The notes beneath the pieces were generated by a model, which had not been told where the DNA came from, searched no databases, and was given only the letters and a program-made list of their open reading frames with translations. A program made the translations under genes and the position numbers. This document shows positions 11,746 through 24,139 of a DNA stretch of 64,000 bases, piece by piece (the stretch's first letter is position 1; every line of letters begins with the position of its first letter). Source of the stretch: Okamejei kenojei (Eukaryota); NCBI GenBank assembly GCA_035221665.1, contig CM069135.1:65038001-65102000 (forward strand), read 5' to 3'.

Positions 11746-13149
11746 AAATTGCATCTCATGCATTTAACAATTTAGAGCTCAGAAAATAAATGAACCTGAA
11801 ATCTTAGGGGCACACGGAATCTGCCCATTCATTTCTCTCATACGTAAAGACGATGATTGGTAATATTTATTTTCAATCTTATTTAATTAATCATCGGAAA
11901 CTGGGACTTGATTTTAACCTTGAGGTGTGTTATGGAGGTTTTTTCTGAATAAAAAAATCATCTGAAAATTATATATTACCATAAATATCTGCAATTTGTC
12001 ACAGCTGCATGATGTGACTTGTTTGTCATTATACATTTTAAACAGATCTACTGCCATTGAAATGTGTTTTCTGTTTCGAACGATGCAATGAGACTGAATT
12101 TTCCTGCAGCCTTTGGAGTGGCAGTTTAATGCAGTAATCACAGGTGATCATCAACTTTCAATCTGCAGAGCTGATGAACTGCCCAGTCTTGACGTCATTC
12201 TCTGAAGCAAAGGGAAAATGTCTTGCTTTTCTGGATGTGCTATGAATTATTTATTACGAAGAAAATAATCATGATAACATAGCCGCTTTCCAATCAAACA
12301 GGAATGTCAAAAAGTCACCATTCAACATGCTAAGTCAAATGGCTTGCAGCTTAAGAATTTATTCTTAATAATGATTCAGGATCCACTATTAAACCAGAAA
12401 CAGACTTACAAATATTCATTGTATTCCAATTAAAATGATGTGGCCATGAGCTCCTATTTCAAATATTGCAGTGCGCTTATCATTTATCTGTCACAATATG
12501 TTTGTAAAACTGGGTGAAGTCAAGCATTTCCGGGGAAACAGCTAAAATATCTACTTCCAGATGGACCCAACTTGCTTAAAAAATGAAATAAATTCTGCAG
12601 CAGAAATGAGTTTAGATTTTTTTTCAGTTTTCAGTCATAGTGAATGCAAAATCCATTTACAGCGGTAACAGAGAAGGCTTGTAAACCACAGTTCAATCAG
12701 GCAGGGAATAGTAAGAAGTAATCAAATTATTACTGCCAACATTGAAAATGTGAATGATTTGGGAAGAAGTTATGAGCTGATAAACGCAGAGCACAGAAAT
12801 AAATTCCAAGAAACGGAGCTACTGATTTCTCTGTGAGTACCCTGGGACTGCCATTTTAATTGCTCTTTGCAGATGACTGCACCATTGCACATTTATTGCA
12901 TTCTTCAGGCATCAAGAAACTTTGGTTCAAGGCATCAATGTGGATTAATTTCAGAGGCTCCAGGCAGCCGTTTCCCTTTGTGTACCAGAACAAAAAAAAT
13001 CAACAGCTGTTAGCAACAACAGGCTTTAAAAATAAACCCTTCATGAATGATGGAAAGCAGAAAGATTTTGAAATTAAAACTATTTGATATATTAAAATAA
13101 TATTAAATGTGGACGTACAATTTGCATGTCGAGCCTCTCTCAGATCATA

Positions 13150-13785
13150 TGATATCAATAATTACTTATCTTTGACTGGATAGTATGCAAACAAAAGCTT
13201 TTCACTGTACCTAGCTACACGTGACAATAATGAACTAAACTAATTCACAATTTTTTCTTATCTTTATTAATGCTGACCTTCCAATTGCAATGTTCTATTT
13301 ATTCTGTTTAGTCTTCCAAAGAGCTCTTCCATATACTTTATCGCTGCTTCTCCTCCAAATTTAATTCCAAAAACCACAGCCTGATGAAGTTATTTGTAAT
13401 TAATGACATTTTAATCTCCACATTCTGAAGTCACACAAACCCACACACCTTGGTTTCCAAACTTATCAGAAACAGCTTCTTCCCTGTTGTTACCAGTCCA
13501 CTGAACAGACTTCTCATCAGCTTAAGATGCAGTCCCGATCTCCCAACCTAACACATTGTGGCTCATCTTTTCTTTTTTATCTGCACTTATTCTGTGACTG
13601 CAACACTGAAACTCTGCAGCATAATATACTGTACTCTGGTTATTTATCTCTTTGCACTACTGTTGTAATTATGTATGGCGTGATTGTACTCATATATGAT
13701 ATGATTTGACAGGATAGCAAGCAAAACAGTTTTTCACTGTATCCCAGTACATATGACAATAATAATAATAAACCAAACCTAACAT
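13150..13785 (+). mobile_element. Two old Rex/Babar-like LINE 3' fragments
   Basis: AACAGCTTCTTCCC motif and two 3' ends TTTTCACTGTA...TGACAATAATAA. Confidence 0.5.
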
Positions 13786-14068
13786 CTCAGAAAAATAGAA
13801 AGTGAAATCTAGCTGTAGAATACTTTGAGGTTCACGCTTAACAATCAACATTTAAGCAGGTATCAATTTAGGAAACTTTGAGTATACTACTATTAAATGT
13901 ATTACCTGTTGGATAACAGTCAAGAAGCATCTCTGTTATCCCTAAAAATCTCCAGGAAATAGCAGTGACAAAGTGAAATACGATGGCAGTTCAACACCAC
14001 AACACTCATTTTAGCCGTTACCATCTATTTAAACCACCTGGAAGGAATTAAAGTTGATCACAAGATCA

Positions 14069-14340
14069 GGGGCTTGGCCGGTGGAGCGGCGGTAGAGTTG
14101 CTGCCTTACAGCGCCTGAGACCCGGGTTCGATCCTGACTACTGGTGCTGTCTGTATGGAGTTTGTTCATTCTCACCTGCATGGGTTTTCTCCAGGTTCTC
14201 CGGTTTCCTCCCACACTCCAAAGACGTATTGTAAATTGTCCCTAGTGTATAGTGTTAGTGTGTGGGGATTCCTGGTTGGTGTGGACTCAGTGGGCCTAAG
14301 GGCCTGTTTCCGTACAGTATCTCTAAACTAAAATAAACTA
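14069..14340 (+). mobile_element. tRNA-derived V-SINE (HE1-like)
   Basis: A/B boxes (GGTGGAGCGGCGG, GGTTCGATCC), core CTCCGGTTTCCTCCCAC, LINE-like tail and (CTAAA)n. Confidence 0.9.
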
Positions 14341-14454
14341 ATCATGCTTGAAAGTGAAGGCTCACATATTAAAATCATGCAGCACATTTTTAAGATCAAA
14401 CCAATTGGCTATGTTATGAGACTGCTGAAATGCACATGGTCTTGCCAAAAGTTT

Positions 14455-15460
14455 GGGAAAGTGTAATGGAATTGTTCGGGGCAAGTTTGTTTGCACAGAG
14501 AGTAGTGGGGGCCTAGAACGCATTGCAGGGGTGGTGGTGGAGGCAGATTTGATAGTGGTGTTTAAGAGGCTTTTGGAAAGGCACATGGAAGTGCAGGGAA
14601 TAGAGGGATATTACCATATTCAGGTAAAATAGATCAGTTTAAACTGGTATTTTGGCGAGTTGAGACTGTGGGTTAATTCAATGGGTTTTATTTTGAACGG
14701 TAAAACAATGAATAAACGCGAGTCGATAAGACAGGCAACAAAATGATGTTGCATCCACAAGTGTGGTGCTAGAATGAATGAACTCGGCAAAAGCGCGCAA
14801 ATAATTCTCCCCGCGCCCACGTGACTGGAGCAGCCAATCCGAGGGTTTGACTACCCCAAGGCACCGGTAGGTGCCGCTACAGGACCCCCCCGCAGAACCC
14901 GAGGTACGGAACCGAGCAGGAACCCAGACACAGCCACCAGAACGCGTGGTCAGCGAAGGCAGGGCGGGCATAACAAGGGGAACAGGCCGAACAGGGCCAT
15001 GAGACCGTAAGGGGGCGGGCGTAACAAGCGGGACTGATCGAACAGGACCAGGAGACCGTAACTGGGTGGAAGGAACGGGTACAACTGCGTCGGGGGAACA
15101 GGCACAACAAGCTGGCGGACGGCCTCTATGTCGGGGCAGCACGACCACCACCGGGCTGTCAACGTCGACATGGGCAGTCTTGAGTCGACCGATGGAGACG
15201 AACACCTCCCAGCCTCCCACAACCAAGGTGAAGGTGGCGACACCAGACCGCAACACCCGGAACGGCCCCCGGATAAGGCAGCCAACAAAACGATGTTGCA
15301 TCCACAAATGTGGCGCTAGAATGAATGAAATCGGCAAAAGCACGTGAATAGCTCTCCCCACGCTCACGTGATTGGAGCACCAATCCGAGGGTTTGACTAC
15401 CCCAAGGCACCAGTAGGTGCCGCTACAGTATAATGTTCTGCACAATCATTATGGGCCAAA
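14455..15460 (+). mobile_element. Old CR1/HER1-like 3' end split by an LTR element
   Basis: 14455-14650 and 15432-15460 rejoin as GATCAGTTTAAACTG-GTAT-AATGTTCTGCAC...ATGGGCCAAA. Confidence 0.65.
14651..15427 (-). mobile_element. Internally deleted Gypsy element: partial 5' LTR, integrase C-terminus, PPT and 231-bp 3' LTR
   Basis: Direct repeats start TGTAGCGGCACC at 15427 and 14881. G-rich PPT abuts the 3' LTR. GPFRVL...VSIGRLKTAH motif. GTAT TSD at 14647-14650 and 15428-15431. Confidence 0.88.
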
Positions 15461-16199
15461 ATCAGCAGCTGTGGTTCTGCTTCTTAAGTTCAATGCGAAT
15501 GAAGTTAATGGACTAAATTTCCACCTTTCCAAACAAATGTCTTAAATTAGCTGGTCCAGTCTCTGGAACGGAGTGTAATCCCACAACCTACTGATTCAGA
15601 TAAGAATGCCATCATTGAGTCAATACTGAAATTTAAAAGTATGTATTCCATGAGGCAATGAACCACAAATAAGTACTATTATTTTTATCCATATTTGTCA
15701 AAAATTGTTAATAGAAAGATTAAAGGAGAACTTACCGTTTGAAGTTTGATCTTTATTTTATGAGAAGTTGGAGTCAGAGACTACGTGAAGAACCCGCCAA
15801 CACGCATGCGCATCAATTTTCAAAGCAACTATATGAAACCACAGACCACTTGAAGCAAATTGAAGCTATAGAACGTTTATGAGATTCATGGTTGAGAGTG
15901 GAGGGCACATAGTCTCTCGTTTAATCTTTCTATTTTATGTCGAAGTCTCGTCACGAGACAACGTGAAGCCTTTGAAGCTCTGTGGTTTCATGCAGTAATC
16001 CAATCAGTATGTGCACACGCTACACAGATAAACCATAGATGGTAGAAAAGTCATATGCCATTAACACATGATGCTAATTTTACATACATGTACATCGCCC
16101 TTAACAGGACTGCAGTCCTATTTACCTTGGAGTTACAAACAAGCATCTCATGTAACACTGCCCATAATCCTATCTGCAAATTGTCCAGACCTGATAAGC

Positions 16200-17062
16200 G
16201 GTTTATTATAAAACTTCTGAAATATGCGTTAATCTGACCATCCTGCTGTTGCAAGAATGTGATCAAGGGGAACCTCCATTCTATTGGCTGCCGAGGTGTC
16301 TGCAGCCCTGGTAGAGTGAGACTTGAAAATATCTGTATTCACTCCCGCTTTAAACAGCGTATACTTTATCCATCTTGAAATAGTTTGCACCGACACTCGT
16401 GTGGCTTTTTATAACTTATGAAGAAGACAATCGCAGATCCGGTGGGTATGCTGCCAGATCCAACTTGTACCCAATCACGTCTGGCCTGCTCTGCTTTATG
16501 AGAGCATCCACATGAAATACTACCTTCTTGTCAGTTACAACCGAGTTATCCAGACAGGGTTTGTGTAAAGACTGAGTTCTTTGTGCTGAAGTAAGTGCCA
16601 TAAGCATCAGTAATTTATGAGTGAGTGTTCCAACGTTAGCGATGCAGCTGGTGCCAGTTTGCGTAGAAAATTTAAAGCTGATTTCACATTCCACACTTCT
16701 TTGTAATTAGGCTTTGGATGGTTCATATTAAAGACACCTTTTATAAACTTTGACACCAATGGGTGTGTGCCAATCATTTGTTGTTTTACCCCAAGCACTA
16801 GATACGATGATAAGGCACTGCGAGCAGTGTAAATTGCGCTATAACTTAGACGCTTCTCAAAAAACAAAACTGAAAGAAATTCCAAAACATCTGCTACTTC
16901 CGCTTTAAAGTAGTTCACATGTGCATCCTCACAAAACTTATTCCATTGTTTGATGTAGGTTGAATACTGCCTTCTTGTGCCATCCCGCCAAGCTGCAGTG
17001 ATCACGTCAACGGTCCTGCTGGGTAGTCCTATTTGCTGGAAAGGTCTCCGTAAATCCTGCAA
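16200..17062 (-). pseudogene. Tyrosine recombinase of DIRS B (frameshifted)
   Basis: AWRDGTRRQYSTY, SYSAIYTARSALS, GTHPLVSKFIKG, LMALTSAQRTQ, KQSRP; SHSTR at ~16310-16325. Confidence 0.9.
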
Positions 17063-17420
17063 ATTAATAAATCAATACGATCATGCAGTGGGTGAGGTGC
17101 CCGAGTGACAGGCTGAACTAACAATTGTTCGTGTCTGTGAGCAATCAAAGGAGATTCTTTCAGCCCCCTTTGAACAATGGAAAGCATGGCTGAGTAGGCC
17201 AATTTGGTAGTACTATAAATCCTGCTGCCTTGTCTTGAATTATCTTTTGCAAGCAGCTTCCGACAAGGCAGAATGGGGGAAGCATGAAATGATAATCCAT
17301 CCCAGTCCAAAGAAAACGCATCTACTGCTTCTGCCTCTGGGTCTGGTTGTCAGGCTACATACCTTGGTACTTGGTTATTAAGTTTTGAAACAAACAGGCC
17401 AACCTCAGGTGTTCCATATC
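17029..17420 (-). pseudogene. Dam-like DNA N6-adenine methyltransferase domain of DIRS B (degraded)
   Basis: AEAVDAFSLDW, HASP (from YAFPP), HPLHDRIDLLICR; syntenic with the MT domain of DIRS C. Confidence 0.75.
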
Positions 17421-18900
17421 AAGATATTATCTTCTTGAACACAGACTGATTTATCATCCATTCTGTTCGTTCATTGAATTTTCTTGACCTGGTGTCTGCT
17501 TCAATATTGTATCTACCTGGCAGGTGAGCAGCTGACACCCATATTCTCCTATCTATACACCATGCCCAAATGGACTTTGCTAGTGCATCACATGATTGAG
17601 ACCTACAGCCACCCATATGGTTTACATACGTTACTGCTGTTGTGTTGTCTAATTGTAGCCTGACATGCATATCATGTTCATTTCCACAATATGTTCTCAA
17701 TGAATGGAATGCTGCTAGCATTTCCAAATAGTTGATGCCATACTTTTGGCCATGTTCCAACTCATCCTTATTCGACCTACCACCACAACTAGAGTTGGTG
17801 TCAGTTGCACCCCAACCCTCACTAGCATCACTTTGTAATGTTATTGTGGGGTTACTTGGTACAATGGAACCTGAACACTCATATGTGTGCTCAATCCACC
17901 ACTGTAACTCTGATATCGACATTGTCATCAACCTCATACATCTATCAAACTGCCCCTTATTCAATCTTATGGCCAGAACCTTCTCATGATCTAGACTTCT
18001 ATAATGCACAGCCCCATATTGTGTGGCTGGAAGGCAGCTACCATCTTGCCTGTCACCCTTGCAAGCTGCTGTATAGTAGGCTTCTTATTTTTAAGTAAAC
18101 CTGTGCATGCCTCTACAATATTCTGGTTCTTATCTGTGGGTAGGGTGACAGACATATCTGCAGGGTTTATGACAAAACCCAGATATGCAATAGTTTTTGT
18201 CGGCTCTAGCATGGACTTTCCTGGATGAATAACAAACCCTAGATTTTCTAGGAGTGTCTTGGTTGCTGAAACAGCTAACTCCATGACACATTTTGTCTTT
18301 CCTACAATGAGTGTGTCATCTATGAACCCCACAACAATATGCCCTTCAGATCTGAGTAGGCCAAACACTGGCTTTAAAATCTTTGTAAATAGCCTAGAGG
18401 CTGTACACAACCCGTTAGGCAGAGCCTTAAATTGCCACAACTGGCCTTGCCAGATAAACTTCAGATATTTCCTGTGGCTTTTGTGTATTGGTACCGAATA
18501 GTATGCATCTTTGAGATCGATTGAGGCCATAAAGCAATCCTCTGTAATCAGCTGTTTTGCTGAATGAAAATTATCCACCTTAAAATGGTTATATTCCAAA
18601 CACGTGTTCAGACTAGCCAAATCAAGAATGATTCAGAATTCTCCATTTTTCTTCAACCTTGTGAAGATATTAGACATAGGTACATCTTGTTCATGGACAG
18701 ACTGCTCAATCACACCCTTTTTGTGTAATATCTCTCTCAACTTGGATAGCTATAATTTCCTCTTTAGACTGTATGTACGGGAATCTTGGCTTCTCTTGCC
18801 GTGGAGGAAACTGGTCAACCAGAAACTCAATCTTATATCCATTTATGGCTTAGAAAAATAAACGGTCAGAGGTTATCTGTCCCCACCTGCTTTTGAACAG
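17419..18900 (-). pseudogene. Reverse transcriptase and RNase H of DIRS B
   Basis: SIDLKDAYYSVPI, FKALPNGL, FIDDTLI, YLGF, QSDASEGWG, INYLEM, DNTTAVTYVNHMGG, HLPGRYNIEAD. Confidence 0.93.
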
Positions 18901-20179
18901 TCTCGATCTACCTCCGACGAATATCCTCAGAACATCTAATGCGACTGTAGAAGCCAAATTCACCTACCTCAACGGACTTAGGTGGTTGATCCATAGAGTC
19001 TGCTGACTCTAGTTTTTGTTCTGTCCCCTCCCTTTGGCTCTGGCATCGTGGCCTGCTGGGAATCGAGACTGAGTATGTGGAGCGAGCTGCCTCCATGGTG
19101 AGCGCTGTGAACCTGCACATAAATAAGGCCTCTGGCTCTTTCTTAGTTGCGTAGGCCTGGTGCTCCAACCAGCCTCAGTGTAGCGGTTTCTGCTGCTAGC
19201 TTGGTAGGGATGATATGCATGCCGGTAGTCGCGAGTCTTACCCACAGAGAGTGCCTTTACCACACTCACAGCAGCCTTGTATTCGTCTTGCAAGTCTTTT
19301 ACTTGCTTGCTCAAATCTTCTCCGAAAAGATACTTCGCAAACTGCACATTACTTGCCTTGCACAAATGAGTTTATTTTGGGTTTATCTCAGGCCTTATAC
19401 AATCCTTGCGAATGCAATTGAGCTCAAACTGTGCATTACACACAAGTGCTATGATGTCTTGCTGCAATTCAGACAGTTGAGCTCCATCCACCGACCTTGC
19501 AAACGCCGTAATCCCTCTTGTGAGAAATCTGTGAACTCGCTGGAATTTTAAGTCTTTTGACTTTGTTTTGCCATTCAGATTGTCCCAAATGGTGGTATTA
19601 ACCTTCGGAACATCAAGTGTCTGGCAGTTATCAGGAATAGCATACTTTTCAGTATGTTCTTCACATTCATCTGGTGGGAAGTCAAGTAAACAATGCTACC
19701 CGCCAGTTCTGCCTCTAATGGTTTTCCTATCCCCGAGGGGATGGCAAATTTTGTCACGATTCCCGGCAGCTCCTTTTTAGTCGTGAGTTGAAGCATATCA
19801 TCCACTTGTTGAGAGAATTCTAGTTCATTGTCGACTTCCCCACAGTCAGTGTCTACTGCATAATAATCCACAAATCTCTCTGCCTCTGGGGGGGATATCG
19901 TAATCCAGCCCTTGACCAGGTATTGCCGCCGCAGACATCTGACTGGAATTACCTGTATCAGTCGCATGTGTGCGGTGCACATTTTCTTCGACCAGCCTCT
20001 CAATCAGGTTTTCCAGATTTGAGAGCCGACAGGTGACATCCTCAATGGACGTTGAGGCAGTTCCTTTCTGCCGAGTATTGTCCTTATGGACATTCTTTGC
20101 GGTTTTGGCCTTGGCATCCCCGGAACTCGGGGTCGACAAGCTGCTCCCTTTTGAAGCTTTTGCAGAGGTTGCTATGCAG

Positions 20180-21846
20180 CAGGCACCTGCCGTAATTACT
20201 CAGGGTAGGCAGTCAATCGGCTTTTAAAAAATCTTAAACTGCGCATGCGCAGATTGTTCTCATCTCCGTAAGCTGTCAGTCGACTTTTATAAAGACTTCA
20301 AAAGCCATCTCTTCATAAAGTACCGTATTTCCCGGCAATGAAGACGCATCCGCGTCAAAGACACACTCGCATTTTGAGCTGCCAAATTTTGAAAGAAGGC
20401 TGGCGGGACAGAATTTCTCAGGCTCAATAAATAAATAAATAAATAAATAAATAAAGTGACAGATCAATTTGCCCAAGGCTTCCAAATCTCCTTCATTCTG
20501 AATTACTGAATGGGTTGGGGGTGGAGGGTGACGGCAGGTGGAGAGATGGTGGGAAAAACGGGAGCACACCAGGACAAGTTGAATCAGTTGTGATCTTATT
20601 GAATGACAATACTAGTTCAAGGGCCCAATTGGGGGGAGGGTTCCTTTCACAGCGTGTGGGGAGTCTGGCCAGGGGTAAAGTTTGGAGGGGGGTAGGAGCT
20701 TTGAGAAGAAGAGGGTCGGGGATCCTGCCAGTAACTCACTCACTCACCGCTGCCACGGCGCTCTGGGCGCGGAGCCACCGCATCGTGGTTGGAGAGGGAA
20801 GTAGTTCGGGTAGCTGCGAGCGGCTGCCGTGATCTCAGCGCCTTCCGCCGGCCCGCTCACCTCTGACAGTGCTCTCCATCTGAACAGTGAGTGAACCAGC
20901 TCAAGAACAAAGATCATAGAGCGGAGCGGGTCAGCAGGCGATTGATAACTGTACAGCGGGCGGTGGAGCTTACTCCTGTGTCAGCACGAACAAGGGACCA
21001 ATTGACATTACTCGCACTGAAACAGGAGTAAGCTCCACCGCCCGCTGTACAGTTATCCATCGCCTGCTGACCCGCTCTTGAGCTGGTTGCTGGCATGATC
21101 CCCGACCCACTCCTTCTCAACGCTCCTGCCCTCCTGCAACTTTACCCCTGGCCAGATTCCCCACACGCTGTGAAAGGATCTCTCCCAGCCCCCAGCAGCG
21201 CTGTCCTTTTACAGCCGCTTGCCACTTTACAGCCACTTCCCATCAGCTGCCAGCAATGAGGGATAGACTTGGCTCTATTCTTAATGTTGCTGTACTGAGG
21301 GATAGCCAAGTCTATCTTACTTGGCTAACAACCTAACTTTCAGCCTCCAAGACACATGTACATTTTTGTTCCTTATTTTTTGGGTGAAAAATAGCATCTT
21401 CATTGTGGGGAAATACGGTATTTTTAAAATACGGTATTTAAAAACATATAGCTCAAATAAATCAACTTACCACATTATTTGTACACAAACTCCATTCTTC
21501 TCTCTTTGTTTCTTAAAATAATGGCAATCCATGTTTGAAAAACCCGCCAAGAAACTTGAGCTGCGCATGGGCAGTAGGCTGCTGCGCATGCACAGTATGC
21601 AGTCCACGGTGCAAAGGCAGAATTTCAGCTCCCCTTGCGTGAAGGATTGAGCAGCGTCAACGGCACTTTCGCGTGTTACATGTACTTTCATGAAAGGCAC
21701 GGAGAATTATGCCTACCTAAGAGATCGATTCTCTTCTGTTGGCATAATTCTCCCGTGCCTTTACTATTTCATTTAATAATTATCATTTTATAATTTTAGT
21801 CAGGGTAGGCAGTGCCTACCTTGCCTACCCTGACGGCACATGCATG
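20180..21846. mobile_element. Non-autonomous hAT-like DNA transposon
   Basis: Perfect 8-bp TSD CTATGCAG (20172-20179, 21847-21854). CA..TG termini; imperfect TIR CAGGCACCTGCCGT..CAGGGTAGGCA versus TGCCTACCCTGACGGCACATGCATG. Confidence 0.85.
20323..21418. mobile_element. Non-autonomous Tc1/mariner-superfamily (Tc2/Kanga-like) element nested in the hAT-like element
   Basis: TA TSD; TIR CCGTATTTCCCGGCAATGAAGACGC versus GCATCTTCATTGTGGGGAAATACGG; nested internal inverted repeats. Confidence 0.82.
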
Positions 21847-22432
21847 CTATGCAGGCCACGCCTGCCAGCGTCTCTGAGCTCGAAACAGACGGCCAGCGAC
21901 CTCTCCCGTTGCTGTCATTTGCTGCTGAATTTTCAGCCTTGGTTTTAGGCTTCTCCATTCTTGGGACCCAAACCTGCGTCGAAAGCAAAAGTTCCTGTGA
22001 AATTTACCTTTCGATTTTAACGGTGTATTACAGGGAAATCCCCGACGTCCATTTCCCCATCCGAATCTTCGATGTATTAATGATGCGCATGTGTGCTGGC
22101 GGGTTCTTCACGTAGTCTCGTGACGAGACTTCGAAATAAAATCCAGGATGTTGCAGGAACCAAAGTGAGTTTCTTTATTTTGCCAGTATTACATGCCTAT
22201 ATTACATTTGTAATGAAAATTACAAGCAATCGATCCATCACCAATGAGATCTTTCTCACGATACACAAAGTGCAAGATGACCTGAATTTACTCCCTTATT
22301 TAAACACATTTTCTCTTCCATTTGCAAATCCATAATAATATCAATTTTTTCCAATCATATTTGTTTATTAGTTACTTATTTGTTAAACAGTGGGATCAGA
22401 GTTTGCAGCTGTTGGAATGGAGATTGAATCCA

Positions 22433-22734
22433 GCCAGCACAGTGGCGCTGCAGTAAAGGTGTTGCTTTACGGCGTCAGAGACCCGGGTTCAATCCGGACT
22501 ACAGGTGCTTGACTGTATGGAGTTGGTACGTTCTCCCAGAGACCAGCGTGGGTTTTCTCTGGTTTCCTCCCACATACCAAAGACATACAGGCTGGTAGAT
22601 TAATTGGCTTGGTATATTTGTAAATTGTCCCTAGTGCGTGTAGGATAGCATTAGTGTGCGGGATTCGCAGGTCGGTGTGGACCCGGTGGGCCAAAAGGTC
22701 TGCTTCCGCACTGTATCTCTAAACTAAACTAAAC
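22433..22734 (+). mobile_element. HE1-like V-SINE
   Basis: Same family as 14069; B box GGTTCAATCC; (CTAAA)n tail. Confidence 0.9.
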
Positions 22735-22830
22735 AGTCTGAAGAAGGGTCTCGACCCGAAACTTCATGCCTTCTCTCCAGAGATGCCGCCTGACCCGCTG
22801 AGTCACTCCAGCAATTTGTGTCTATTTTAA
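22735..22830 (+). mobile_element. Penelope-like terminal fragment with a hammerhead-like core
   Basis: CTGAAGAAGGGTCTCGACCCGAAAC...AGAGATGCCGCCTGACCCGCTGAGT. Confidence 0.75.
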
Positions 22831-23118
22831 ACTAAACAGCAAGTTTATGGAATTTAAGCTTTCATTCTCTATTGTCTAAAATGTGAAATGATTTAGACTA
22901 GAGTTCAAACTATCCGTACTTTGGATTAAATCTTTTTGGGCTCATTTGGGGAAAGATGCTGATGGGAGTGATGGGAATGCTGGAAGGAAGTACATAGTGA
23001 AATGTTAGTGCTAGGACGGTAGATGTACTGCTTCTGACCATTCTAATTATACACAACCCAGGATGCTGACAGTCAGTGACAAGAGTGATGTTGTTTCTGT
23101 TACTAACTGTTTGCTGCG

Positions 23119-23410
23119 TAGAAACAGGCCCTTCGACCCACTGAGCCTACGTTGACCATTGATCATCCATAAGTTCAATGCCATCCCTTACTCTTCCACT
23201 CCCTACAAATTGGGGATAATCTTACAGAGGCCAGTTAACCTACCAACCTAAACGTCTTTGGGATTTGGAAGAAACTGGAGTTCCCGGAGGAAACCCATGC
23301 AGTCATAGGGAGAATGTGCAAGATCCACACAGAGTGCACCCAAAGTCAGTATTGAGCCCCGGTATCTGGAACCATGAAACAACAGCTATACCAGCTGCAT
23401 CACTCTGTTG
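23119..23410 (-). mobile_element. HE1-like V-SINE (diverged)
   Basis: Reverse-complement similarity to the 14069 copy. Confidence 0.75.
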
Positions 23411-24139
23411 ATCAAATTACATTCTGCTGTGTAATCTTCCCAGATCATATAATCCTGCAATAAGATGGGCAGCAATGGTAGTCACGCGTAGTTTAGTTGA
23501 ATTAAAATTATAATACAGCTTTCTCTCAGTAATTTCAAATGGATCACCTTACATACACTTTTAATGAAGGGTTCTAACATCATTATTTAATTCTCCAAAA
23601 TGAATTGTGGAAACTAACTAACATAATAGCAAGGTACGTATGATTGCTATCAGCTTGTCACTTAGCTGTCACTTCACAACATTAATGGGTCTTTTCTTTT
23701 CCATGCAGCCAGTAAAATCACTTCAGACTGAACACAGACTGCTTCATGATAATACATTTGCCAAAAAACATTGCACCCAAAATGTTTACCGAAAAAGCTG
23801 AGAGGCTTATTTGGAATTATGTAGTATCATTATTTAGATGTGACAGATGAAGCATGTATTTAAATAGTAATATGTATTTAGTGAAAAATTGGAACAAATT
23901 TTCTGGTGTGGGACAGTATCCTGATGTACATTTGGATGAAAGCTTTGTTATGTGATATCCTCATAGTCCTCTTCCTGTTGTTCAACAATGCTTTCATCTA
24001 TCCCACTGCATTCAAATTACTATAAAGCTTACTAAAATTTTCAATATACTGTTCGGGAAACCTAATTTAAGTCCATTTTGATATATGAATTCTCACTCTG
24101 CAATAATATGCCTGTTTCTTTTCTTTCAATTAGAAAAAG

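Larger units (their letters stand above)
19009..21988 (-). pseudogene. gag-like ORF1 of DIRS B, interrupted by a hAT-like insertion
   Basis: YLFGEDLSKQVKDL motif. Removing 20180-21846 and one TSD copy joins ...LAGVACIA to TSAKASKGSSLSTPSSG in frame. Confidence 0.8.
15710..22142 (-). mobile_element. DIRS1-type retrotransposon B with nested DNA transposons
   Basis: ITR TACGTGAAGAACCCGCC..CGCATGCGCATCA (15782-15815) versus 22081-22114. Partly deleted ICR at 15906-15968. AAT at both ends. gag, RT, RNase H, MT and YR remnants. Confidence 0.95.

Noticed and set aside
14069-14150. tRNA genes
   Set aside because: The A/B boxes belong to SINE heads followed by the V core and tail; no complete cloverleaf.
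14678-15445. 255-aa ORF as a novel protein
   Set aside because: Chance read-through of LTR, integrase tail and second LTR; the repeated peptide is just the LTR duplication.
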